A stretch of 64,000 nt of DNA from an uncultured Nitrospiraceae bacterium (GTDB lineage Bacteria > Nitrospirota > Thermodesulfovibrionia > Thermodesulfovibrionales > Dissulfurispiraceae), in contig CAVSHF010000005.1 of assembly GCA_963727805.1 (NCBI GenBank), positions 640,001 to 704,000 of the forward strand. Reading direction: 5' to 3'. Below the pieces are notes generated by a model. It saw nothing but the letters and a program-made list of their open reading frames with translations, searched no databases and was not told the DNA's origin. Numbering within the stretch: position 1 is the first letter of the stretch; each line of letters begins with the position of its first letter. The translations under genes and the position numbers were made by a program. Shown piece after piece: positions 19,064 to 27,655 of this stretch.

Positions 19064-19606
19064 TTATTTCTTGTCTTTTTTGTACATATACCAGGCGGCA
19101 GCCCCGGCCAGTGTGGCAGCCCCCGTACCGAGGCCGATTGTCCATATTTTCTTCCTGTTCTTGATTCTTTTTTCGATAATCTTCGCGTATCGGTCTGCTA
19201 TTATTTCACAGTACTTGAAGTCCTTCTCGGTGAATCCAAAGATGTTCGTGAAGAGTTCGATTCTTTCGTCTATCAGCGATTTGAGCAGCGTCCAGTATCG
19301 CACCTTGTCAAAAGAAGCTTTTCGCTCCCTTATTCTTTTCTCTTCATCTATCGTCTTGATAAACCTTTCCAGCAAGGCCCTGTCAGCTCCCTTGTATATC
19401 GGCAAGTTCGGGTCGCCAATCCTTCGAACAACCGGCCACTGGGATTGTTCCTCGAGTTTAAAGATTTCAGGCCAGAACCTTCTGCCAGCCCGCCTGAGGA
19501 TTACAGATTTTTTCACGGAAAAATAAAAAATTCGAAGCTCTGATACTGTGAACTCGGTGTCCTTGAAGATTGCTAAAAATCCTTTAAATGTAACCATGCT
19601 CCCCAT
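19064..19606 (-). CDS. hypothetical protein with single C-terminal TM helix
   Basis: Basic helical body; IWTIGLGTGAATLAGAAAWYMY followed by KKDKK. Confidence 0.7.
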   Translation of the reverse strand: MGSMVTFKGFLAIFKDTEFTVSELRIFYFSVKKSVILRRAGRRFWPEIFKLEEQSQWPVVRRIGDPNLPIYKGADRALLERFIKTIDEEKRIRERKASFDKVRYWTLLKSLIDERIELFTNIFGFTEKDFKYCEIIADRYAKIIEKRIKNRKKIWTIGLGTGAATLAGAAAWYMYKKDKK

Positions 19607-19723
19607 CCTCGTATATTCTATTTATATTGTAACACGTTCGGGAAACATCGCAGAAAAAAAGAATCCGCTGTCAGCAATGAGCAGCGCGGAAGCTCTGCCA
19701 ATTCTCTATGTTAAAATAGACTC

Positions 19724-21541
19724 ATGAATCGTAACTCAAGCACTCAAGACCCGCTTTACGATACCCTGAAGGCCGTCTTCGGATTTCAGATTTTCCGCCC
19801 GAACCAGAAATCCATTATCAGGAATATTATTGACGGCAGTGACGTCTTTGCCGTGATGCCTACCGGTGGAGGGAAATCCCTCTGCTACCAGTTACCCTCA
19901 GTAATCATGAGTGGCACGGCGGTTGTCATCAGTCCCCTCATTGCTCTCATGAAAGACCAGGTGGATGCCGCGCTCGAAAATGGGATATCCGCTGCCTTCA
20001 TCAACAGCTCAATGAATGCCGATGAAGTTTCCAATGCATATCGCCTTTTGAAAAGCAACAAGATCAAGCTTCTCTATATCGCCCCCGAGCGATTTGCTAT
20101 GCCGCATTTCCTCGATCAACTGAAGACCGTTTCAATCTCCTTCTTTGCCATAGATGAAGCCCATTGCGTCTCTGAATGGGGACATGATTTCCGGCCGGAC
20201 TATCTCGGGCTTTCGCTCATCCCAAAGATGTTCCCTGACGTGCCTGTTGCCGCCTTTACTGCAACGGCAACCCAAAAGGTCCAGGAGGATATCATCAGCA
20301 AGATCGGGTTAAGAAAGCCGCATATCGTGCGTGCGTCTTTTAACCGTCCGAATCTCTTCTATGAAGTGAAGTCAAAGTACAAGGTAGAATCACAAATACT
20401 CGAATTTCTGAAGGACCATCCGGGCGAATCAGGCATCATCTACCGGACGACCCGTGTTTCTGTGATGGAGACGGCTGCTTTCCTAACATCAAAGGAGATG
20501 GTAGCACTCCCGTATCATGCAGGCTTGTCCTCCGAAGAGCGGAGCAAAAACCAAGAGGCATTTAACAGTGACGAGGCGCAGATTATCGTAGCAACGATCG
20601 CCTTTGGCATGGGGATAGATAAATCGAATGTGCGCTTCGTTATTCACGCCGACCTTCCCAGGAATATCGAAAGCTATTACCAGGAAACAGGACGTGCAGG
20701 AAGGGACGGGGAGGCGGCCCGGTGCCTTCTCTTCTTCGGAAGAGGAGACATCCCAAAGATCCGGTATTTCATAAATGAGATCGCAGATGAAAGTGAACGT
20801 TTTATTGCGATACAGAAACTGAATCAGACCGTCGGATATGCATCGCATAATGTTTGCCGGAGAAAACAGATCCTTGGCTTTTTTGGCGAGGACTATTCCC
20901 TCGATGATTGCTGTGCCTGCGACATCTGCGTCGGATCGGTTGAACAAATCGATATTACTACAGATGCACAAATTATCATGTCGGCCGTATCAAGGACTGG
21001 CCAACGGTTTGGGGTGGGCCACATTGTCGATATCGTAACCGGCGCATATACGAAGCGCATCCGTGAGCTCGGGCACGACACAATCAAGACCTATGGTGCG
21101 GGCAACAGCCGGGATAAAAAATATTGGCGGTCTTTTGTTGATGAACTCATTGCACAGGAGGCCCTTGTACAGGAAGTCGATCCTTACCCTGTGCTAAAAA
21201 TTACAAGTAAGGGCTCCGGTATTCTTTTTGGCAAAGGAAGAATATCATCTTTGAGGAAAGAGAACGCAAAGGGGGAAAGTGTTAGAGGAACGTCCAGCCA
21301 ATCGGGGGGATATGACGAGGCGCTTTTCGGCAAACTTCGCACCCTGAGAAAAAAGATAGCGGAAGCCCAACATGTTCCTCCCTATATCGTTTTTTCTGAC
21401 AAGACACTCCATGAGATGTGCAGGCTTTTTCCATCAACATTGTCTGACCTGAGAAAGATAAGCGGGGTTGGCGATGCTAAACTTGAACGATACGGGGAGG
21501 ATTTCATCATGGAGATACGAAGTTACATTGATATGAGATAA
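19724..21541 (+). CDS. recQ: DNA helicase RecQ
   Basis: MPTGGGKSLCYQ, DEAHCVSEWGHDFRP, YYQETGRAGRDG, Zn cysteines, RQC and HRDC domains. Confidence 0.97.
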   Translation: MNRNSSTQDPLYDTLKAVFGFQIFRPNQKSIIRNIIDGSDVFAVMPTGGGKSLCYQLPSVIMSGTAVVISPLIALMKDQVDAALENGISAAFINSSMNADEVSNAYRLLKSNKIKLLYIAPERFAMPHFLDQLKTVSISFFAIDEAHCVSEWGHDFRPDYLGLSLIPKMFPDVPVAAFTATATQKVQEDIISKIGLRKPHIVRASFNRPNLFYEVKSKYKVESQILEFLKDHPGESGIIYRTTRVSVMETAAFLTSKEMVALPYHAGLSSEERSKNQEAFNSDEAQIIVATIAFGMGIDKSNVRFVIHADLPRNIESYYQETGRAGRDGEAARCLLFFGRGDIPKIRYFINEIADESERFIAIQKLNQTVGYASHNVCRRKQILGFFGEDYSLDDCCACDICVGSVEQIDITTDAQIIMSAVSRTGQRFGVGHIVDIVTGAYTKRIRELGHDTIKTYGAGNSRDKKYWRSFVDELIAQEALVQEVDPYPVLKITSKGSGILFGKGRISSLRKENAKGESVRGTSSQSGGYDEALFGKLRTLRKKIAEAQHVPPYIVFSDKTLHEMCRLFPSTLSDLRKISGVGDAKLERYGEDFIMEIRSYIDMR

Positions 21542-21705
21542 GCTGAACAAGTGGTTCCAAAAGCTTGAGTATTTTTATCAAAATGCATGAGGAAGTTGGT
21601 CCACGTCAATTTTTTCGACCGGGAAGTTATCTTTACCCTATCTCGCGACCTCGACAGATCGTCTCTGCACTGTCTTTAAAAACCTGAGAGTCTCTCTGTG
21701 CCGAT

Positions 21706-22338
21706 TCAGATATTCCTTGACGGGCATATATCGAAGAGAACGCATTTCTCATGCAATGGCTTCTTTGCCGGGCATATCTTTCTTCCATGGAAAATGAGAA
21801 GATGGGTGATGTTGCCCCACTCTTTTTTCGGCACTATTTCCATTAAGTCCTTTTCGATCTTCGCTGGTTCTCCGTACTTCGTGAGCCCAAGCCTTTGGGC
21901 GAGACGCATTACATGGGTATCGACAGCGATCCCTTCAGTGATTCCGAAAGCGTTGTAAAGGACAATGTTCGCGGTCTTCCTGGCCACTCCCGGCAGGCTG
22001 GTGAGGTCATCCATTGTCCTTGGGACCTCTCCGTTGTATTGTCCGATGATGAGCTTGGCCGCATTCTGAATATTCCTTGCCTTATTCCGGTAGAAATTGA
22101 CTGAACTGACGTCCCTTTCGAGCACCGCGGGATCGGCATTCGAGAAGTCCTTTACGCTTTTATACTTTCTGAAGAGCGGCTCGGTTACCTTGTTGACCTG
22201 AATATCTGTTGTCTGTGCTGAGAGGATGGTTGCCGCGAGCAACTCAAATGGGCTCTTAAAATTCAGGGCCGGCTTGAGCACAAGATATTCCTTTTTCAGC
22301 CGATTGATAATCTCTGTCATTAATTCTTTTCTATTCAT
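21706..22338 (-). CDS. nth: endonuclease III
   Basis: LSAQTTD, HhH LPGVARKTAN, AVDTHV; Fe-S motif with His at second Cys position (C-x6-H-x2-C-x5-C). Confidence 0.95.
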   Translation of the reverse strand: MNRKELMTEIINRLKKEYLVLKPALNFKSPFELLAATILSAQTTDIQVNKVTEPLFRKYKSVKDFSNADPAVLERDVSSVNFYRNKARNIQNAAKLIIGQYNGEVPRTMDDLTSLPGVARKTANIVLYNAFGITEGIAVDTHVMRLAQRLGLTKYGEPAKIEKDLMEIVPKKEWGNITHLLIFHGRKICPAKKPLHEKCVLFDICPSRNI

Positions 22339-22556
22339 TATCACCTCGAAGATACCGTTAACGCTCTTGCTCTTACACAATCAATTCACACGTAGGTTAG
22401 AAGATTGTCACTGCGTTATTCTTCGGGATCACCTTCCTGAATATGCTGGCTGATTTATGAATATCAGTCAAGCCCCTCCCGAAGAGAACTCTCTGCAAGT
22501 CTTCATAGCCTTGATTCAATTTTATCAATAAATTAAGGAATCAAACATATCCATTT

Positions 22557-24062
22557 TTAAAGGTCGAGAAGTCTTTTATTTATCTCGATAGCAACAGCTG
22601 CCCCTTCACCAGCTGCGATGACAACTTGATCATGTCCGGTCAGCGGGCCAATAATAAAAAGTCCCTTCATTGACGATTCGTAATGATGGTCCGTTATATA
22701 TTTAAATCCCGGAGCATCGTGTTTCAGATCGAGATCTGAAAGAAACTCGGAGTTGAGCTTAAATCCGAAATTCGACATGATCACCTCGCATTCGATGCGC
22801 CTGCCATCCGGGAATTCGAGCGCCTCCATTTTTTTATTACCGATGATCTTCGAAGGGGTACCTTTGATCAATACTATTCCCTCGTCCGTCAAGGCATCGA
22901 TATACGACTCTGGCGGCTCATAAAAAAAGAGGACGAGCGTTACATGCTTTGTGTACATCTGCTTCATGGCAAAGGCGAGCCGCACCGCATGAATATTATT
23001 ACCCAGAATGACAAGCTTTTTGCCCGTTGTATGGTAACCATCGCAATCGACACAGGTAAAAAAACTTATTCCGAAATAATTGTACACATTTTCGATCTCG
23101 GGGATATTTTCTCGGCCACCAGACGACACGATTACAAACCGTGCGCGATAGAGCCTACTTCCGACATTGACCTCAAATTCGGCTTGCTTGATGACTTTCG
23201 TAACCGTTTCCCTGATGATACGTACATTGAAATGCCTCGCCTGTTCCATGCCGCGGGATATGATTTCCTTTCCCGAGATCATCTTCCAGGTGAGAAAATT
23301 CTCGATATGTTTCGCATGCGAAGTCCTACCGCCCCCCCGGTCTATAAGCAGGACATCTCTGTTGTACCTGCCGAGGTAGATGGCGGCCTGCAGCCCGCCG
23401 GGACCTGCGCCAATGATAATGCAATCGTAGACATGCTCGTCAGTCTTCTCGCTCAGCGTAGTGTCAGAGATAAAGTCTTCGAGTTCCGTCTTGAAAGACG
23501 AGACACCGCGAAAATGAATTACGTTAAGGCCTCCTGCCTGCGCCCTTTTTATGTTGTTGTCGCTATCGTCGATAAAGAGTGTCTCTCCGGGTTCGACACC
23601 AAGTGCGCTACAGATGTCTTTATAAACTGATGGATCTCTTTTGCTTTTGTGAATCGCATACGAATTAAAGATATGATCGAAATGATGATAAAACGGCATT
23701 CGGAAATTAATCTCTTCGAGCCAGTTCGTCTGGTCGCTCAAAATCGCGACCACAAAACCCCTCGCCTTAAGTTCGTCGACCACTTGCAGCATGTCAGGCC
23801 TAATGACGAACCGTTCAAGTATTATTTCTCTCAGCTCCTTGTCGCTGCCTTTGATGTCGGTCAAATCTCTCAATTCGTTCCACCAGGTCCACTCATCGGA
23901 CATGCCAACTACATATCCGCCGGGTTTATGAATCAGCTCCACGGCAGTCGCAAAAAAGTTCTCGGGGTCGTTGCCGTTTTGGACTGCAATATCCCTGAGC
24001 CCATGCCAGAAGCCCTCCTCTGCAATCACACCACCAAAATCAAATATTACCGCCTTTATCAT
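22557..24062 (-). CDS. HAD-family phosphatase fused to thioredoxin-reductase-like FAD oxidoreductase
   Basis: N-term AVIFDFGGV...ILSD...K...FIDD; C-term IIIGAGPGG, FTCVDCDGY, QVVIAAGEGA; single uninterrupted frame. Confidence 0.88.
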   Translation of the reverse strand: MIKAVIFDFGGVIAEEGFWHGLRDIAVQNGNDPENFFATAVELIHKPGGYVVGMSDEWTWWNELRDLTDIKGSDKELREIILERFVIRPDMLQVVDELKARGFVVAILSDQTNWLEEINFRMPFYHHFDHIFNSYAIHKSKRDPSVYKDICSALGVEPGETLFIDDSDNNIKRAQAGGLNVIHFRGVSSFKTELEDFISDTTLSEKTDEHVYDCIIIGAGPGGLQAAIYLGRYNRDVLLIDRGGGRTSHAKHIENFLTWKMISGKEIISRGMEQARHFNVRIIRETVTKVIKQAEFEVNVGSRLYRARFVIVSSGGRENIPEIENVYNYFGISFFTCVDCDGYHTTGKKLVILGNNIHAVRLAFAMKQMYTKHVTLVLFFYEPPESYIDALTDEGIVLIKGTPSKIIGNKKMEALEFPDGRRIECEVIMSNFGFKLNSEFLSDLDLKHDAPGFKYITDHHYESSMKGLFIIGPLTGHDQVVIAAGEGAAVAIEINKRLLDL

Positions 24063-24201
24063 TCGTCTGAGTTCCCTCCAATTTGCAAGATGAAATTATC
24101 TACAGTATACCAAAGCTTAGTTTGAGGAAGAAGCAGAGGAGTTGTGTATGGGGCTCAGCCACTCAATTTTTATCTCACTCACCCTTTACAACCCTTTATT
24201 C

Positions 24202-24229
24202 TTGACATTCAGCACAATCTTGCTAAGCT
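24202..24229 (+). promoter_or_regulatory. putative sigma70 promoter of the microprotein/cytochrome operon
   Basis: TTGACA-16 bp-(TG)cTAAGCT, 13 nt upstream of ATG 24243. Confidence 0.55.
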
Positions 24230-24242
24230 AATAAACAAATAT

Positions 24243-24368
24243 ATGGCACAAGAAGACTTCGTTAAAAAGATAAGTCAAAAGATAGGCTTCCTAAAGCCCG
24301 GGTGGTGGATCGTCCACTTAGCGGGGATAACCCTTGTTTACGCCCTCGGACATCTTCTCTGGAGGTAA
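24243..24368 (+). CDS. 41-aa membrane microprotein A (KPGWWIxH-x11-H)
   Basis: MAQEDFVKKISQKIGFLKPGWWIVHLAGITLVYALGHLLWR; motif shared with the next ORF. Confidence 0.8.
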   Translation: MAQEDFVKKISQKIGFLKPGWWIVHLAGITLVYALGHLLWR

Positions 24369-24369
24369 T

Positions 24370-24474
24370 ATGATACAGTTTTTCCTGAGATACAAGCCCG
24401 GATGGTGGATACTCCATGTTTTCGCCATCGCGTTAACATTTTACCTTGGCCACATGGCGAAGTACTCTTTCTAA
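24370..24474 (+). CDS. 34-aa membrane microprotein B (KPGWWIxH-x11-H)
   Basis: MIQFFLRYKPGWWILHVFAIALTFYLGHMAKYSF; GGAGG RBS at 24361-24365; too short for the ORF track. Confidence 0.8.
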   Translation: MIQFFLRYKPGWWILHVFAIALTFYLGHMAKYSF

Positions 24475-24478
24475 TGCC

Positions 24479-24886
24479 GTGAAGAAGACATCTCTTCTGT
24501 CGGCGCTTTTCCTGTTGGCCCTAGCAGGCCTGCTGTTACATGCGAGGATTCATTTTTTCATGGTTCCGGACAAGATGAACCCCGGCAGTTTAATCTTCGA
24601 GCCGACACGTTTTCTTTCCTTTATCTTTCCACTCATCGATGTGATCATTGTGACGCTGCTCTTCTTCTCTCGCAAAACGGCGGCTTATGGCTACCTCTTA
24701 AACGGACTGATCGTCATATACGGAACCGTGTTCATGGCGCATTACAGCCTGGCGGAAATGGCGGTCAAATCCATACCTCTGAGCCAGATGATTCTTAAAT
24801 CTACCTTGCCGGATATCGGTATTGCCTGGGCTGACTTCTTTGTCGGCAAAGCACTGTATGACTATTACCTTAAAGGCGGATCTTGA
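24479..24886 (+). CDS. hypothetical 3-4 TM membrane protein with His at helix ends
   Basis: GTG start 4 nt after microprotein B; LLLHARIH and FMAHYS. Confidence 0.8.
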   Translation: MKKTSLLSALFLLALAGLLLHARIHFFMVPDKMNPGSLIFEPTRFLSFIFPLIDVIIVTLLFFSRKTAAYGYLLNGLIVIYGTVFMAHYSLAEMAVKSIPLSQMILKSTLPDIGIAWADFFVGKALYDYYLKGGS

Positions 24887-24945
24887 CAGGTGCCGGGGAA
24901 CCCCAGTCCCTACTTTGAACATAATTATTCATGAAGGAGACAAAC

Positions 24946-25464
24946 ATGAAAAAGATTCTGATTTTTACCTTAATGATGCTTTTTGTTTTTACTTTCGTCC
25001 ATTCATCTCTCGCGATCCATGAAACGATCCCTGCCGAAACGCAGATTTTGGAACCAGGACCCAATGGCGTGAAACTTTATGAATACATTGTGAAATTGAA
25101 ACCCTATACCGACTGGCAACTCTTCCCCGGCAAGGGCAGGATTTATCCGGGCACGCAACCTCATGGTTCTTTCCTCACAACGTATGTGAATGATGTGGCG
25201 TACTATTCCCTTAAAGATAAAAAGGGCATGTCCGATGGTTCCATTATCGCAAAAGAGAATTATACCGCGGATAAGAAACTTAATTCGCTTACCGTAATGT
25301 ACAAGATCATCGGGTACAACCCGACAGCAGGCGACTGGTTCTGGGCCAAGTATGGGCCTGGGGGAAATGTCATAGCTTCAGGAAAGGTCGAAGCCTGTAT
25401 TACTTGCCACGAATCAAAGAAAGAGAACGATTATATATACAGCGGAGTAGTGAAGAATTACTAA
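24946..25464 (+). CDS. cytochrome P460-family periplasmic monoheme cytochrome c
   Basis: Signal peptide; YxxW, DGSIIAKE, GDWFW, C-terminal CITCH; AAGGAG RBS. Confidence 0.88.
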   Translation: MKKILIFTLMMLFVFTFVHSSLAIHETIPAETQILEPGPNGVKLYEYIVKLKPYTDWQLFPGKGRIYPGTQPHGSFLTTYVNDVAYYSLKDKKGMSDGSIIAKENYTADKKLNSLTVMYKIIGYNPTAGDWFWAKYGPGGNVIASGKVEACITCHESKKENDYIYSGVVKNY

Positions 25465-26555
25465 GGAGGCCATAAGTAAAGCCCCGTTTAAGCTGCATAT
25501 CGAACATTCGGCTCCTTAAAGAATGCACAGACTTTCTCTGGATTCCGTTGCAGAAGCCGGAGGTGGCCGCGCACTTTCATCCCAAGATCATCTGGGCCTT
25601 TCACCGAAGAACGACTCACTCTCCGCTTAACACTATTCCATACTAGCTCATCAGGGTTGAGTTCCGGTGAGTACGGTGGCAAAAAGAACAGCTGCAATTT
25701 TCCCTTTAGTGTCTCCACAAACTTCTTAACCATTGATGATCTGTGCACCGGATGACTGTCTAGAATCAGAAATACGCTATTATCAACATTGTGCATCAGA
25801 CGCTTGAGAAACTCACAGAATACCGTTGCGTTTATCTTTCCCGTATGAGTCATGAACCGTATTTTGCCTTTCGCTGTAATGGCGGACAGCATATTCATTG
25901 AAAAACGGGCTCCTGTCGTTGCAATGATCGGGGTATCTCCGCGTAATCCCCACGTTGTGCCACGGTGGTAATCAGACCGCATCCCTGCCTCGTCTCCGAA
26001 ATATATTTCTGCCTTAATCTTCTTTGCCTTTGCCCTGATCTTCGGATAATCCTGCTCAACCCATTGTTGCACAAGAACCCCGTCTTGCTGAAAAGCCCTC
26101 ATCAAAGGCTTCTGACAGCTTAACCCCAGTTTCTTCAAGAGTCTCCCGACAGAGGTGATACTTAGCTTGATCCTGTATTTTCTCTTAATCAACTCTTTGA
26201 CCATTTCCCGCGTCCACAAGGCATAAGGAAACTGCAATTGCAGAGGGTTCTTTGTCGTAACAGTCCTGAATATCCAGCGCAGTTGACTTCCCGTTAGCCT
26301 TAACGGTCTCCCCGAAAGAACCCTCGCCCTCAGCGCCTCTACGCCACCTTCTCGATATTTCGCTATCCATTTGTAGATGCAGCGTCGGTTCATCCCCAAG
26401 GCCCTAATTACCACCTCAGGGCTCTCCCCTGCCTCAACCTGTTTGACTGCCCTAATTCGAATCGCCTCTAAAACCTCATGTCTGAGTTTCCTGCCATCAG
26501 TGGTATTCATGCATACTAGTATACCATAATGAGGCCTTACTTATGCACTACTTAG
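25461..26555 (-). mobile_element. IS630-family insertion sequence with TA target duplication
   Basis: Imperfect terminal IRs (TA)CTAAGGAGGCCATAAGTAAAGCC vs (TA)CTAAGTAGTGCATAAGTAAGGCC (21/25 including TA); TA at 25459-60 and 26556-57. Confidence 0.92.
25488..26510 (-). CDS. IS630-family transposase
   Basis: N-terminal HTH; DDE motifs YFGDEAG, LILDSHPVH, LPPYSPELNPDE. Confidence 0.95.
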   Translation of the reverse strand: MNTTDGRKLRHEVLEAIRIRAVKQVEAGESPEVVIRALGMNRRCIYKWIAKYREGGVEALRARVLSGRPLRLTGSQLRWIFRTVTTKNPLQLQFPYALWTREMVKELIKRKYRIKLSITSVGRLLKKLGLSCQKPLMRAFQQDGVLVQQWVEQDYPKIRAKAKKIKAEIYFGDEAGMRSDYHRGTTWGLRGDTPIIATTGARFSMNMLSAITAKGKIRFMTHTGKINATVFCEFLKRLMHNVDNSVFLILDSHPVHRSSMVKKFVETLKGKLQLFFLPPYSPELNPDELVWNSVKRRVSRSSVKGPDDLGMKVRGHLRLLQRNPEKVCAFFKEPNVRYAA

Positions 26556-26579
26556 TAACTGTTATTGAAGGTGAGAACT

Positions 26580-27086
26580 ATGAAAGCCCTTATTATCAGC
26601 GCCGACAACTTCGAGGACACCGAACTCCTCGTCCCCTTCTATCGACTGAAAGAAGAAGGGATCGATATCGATATCGCTTCAATGAAGCGAGGCCCCTTTA
26701 AAGGGAAACACGGCTATGAAGTAGAAGCGGTTAAGGCCCTCGATGAAGTGAAGTCCGATGATTATGATTTTCTCTTACTGCCAGGCGGAAAAGCTCCAGA
26801 GGCGGTCCGTAAGGAAGGACGGGCACTCGACATCTCGCGCCATTTTTTCGAGAAGAACAAGCTGGTGGCTGCCATATGTCACGGCCCGCAAACATTGATA
26901 TCCGCAGGACTTATGAAAGGCAGGCATGCAACCTGTTACAAGTCCGTCGCTCAGGAAATGAAGGATGCTGGCGCCCTGTATGAGGATAAGGAAGTCGTCA
27001 TCGACGGAAACCTCGTCACATCCCGACAACCCTCTGACCTGCCGGCTTTCATGAAGGCGATAATGAAGATGATAAAAGAAAAGTAG
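26580..27086 (+). CDS. pfpI: PfpI/DJ-1 family protease/deglycase
   Basis: FEDTEL, LLPGG, AAICHGP, DGNLVTSRQPSDL. Confidence 0.92.
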   Translation: MKALIISADNFEDTELLVPFYRLKEEGIDIDIASMKRGPFKGKHGYEVEAVKALDEVKSDDYDFLLLPGGKAPEAVRKEGRALDISRHFFEKNKLVAAICHGPQTLISAGLMKGRHATCYKSVAQEMKDAGALYEDKEVVIDGNLVTSRQPSDLPAFMKAIMKMIKEK

Positions 27087-27107
27087 GGGCTATCTATGGG
27101 GTCGACC

Positions 27108-27338
27108 CTAAAAACAAAATCCAGGTAGGCGCAGGGTCCTGCCCGGACTGGACTTCTTGCGCCGGAGATCGACGAAGAGCTGCTCGTAGGATTCTTCTAC
27201 TCTCTGCAGACAGTCCTGACAGTTCTGGCACTCCTGACTGTGGATTATGCAAAGTGCGAGGTCTCCTTTCCGTCTCTTTGGCAGGAAGTTCTGCGGTTCG
27301 TAGTAGGTTAAGTCCCTTGCTGGTGTCTCTTTAGCCGT
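27108..27338 (-). pseudogene. possible redoxin-domain fragment starting at ACG
   Basis: AGGGGAG RBS then ACG; frame contains LALCIIHSQECQNCQDCLQRVEESYEQL. Confidence 0.4.
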
Positions 27339-27655
27339 CTATGCTCCCCTGTCGCACCATTATAAAAACTGTGCAGCCCAAAAAAAGTTCTTCATACCGG
27401 ATTGCTGGAAATCCGTTGGATATGCTTGGTATTGATAGGACAGACAGAATGTTTGGGTCGATAAATCGCTACTGTCCTTTCTCGGTCTCGACATAATATG
27501 GGAATCTCATGCTTTTTTATATGTATCCTTTCGACATCTGTCAACCCACTTACAGGCCCATCCCCACCGCGCCGAAGGGGACCTTTTGCCCTGGAAGATA
27601 AAATAGTTATAATCCGAAACATTCCTTGTCCTTCCCGCCTTTTCTATTCTGCTAA

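Noticed and set aside
27331..27510. Minus-strand frame MRFPYYVETEKGQ-TAG-RFIDPN... as a pyrrolysine/readthrough gene
   Set aside because: No recognisable family and no pyl genes in the window.
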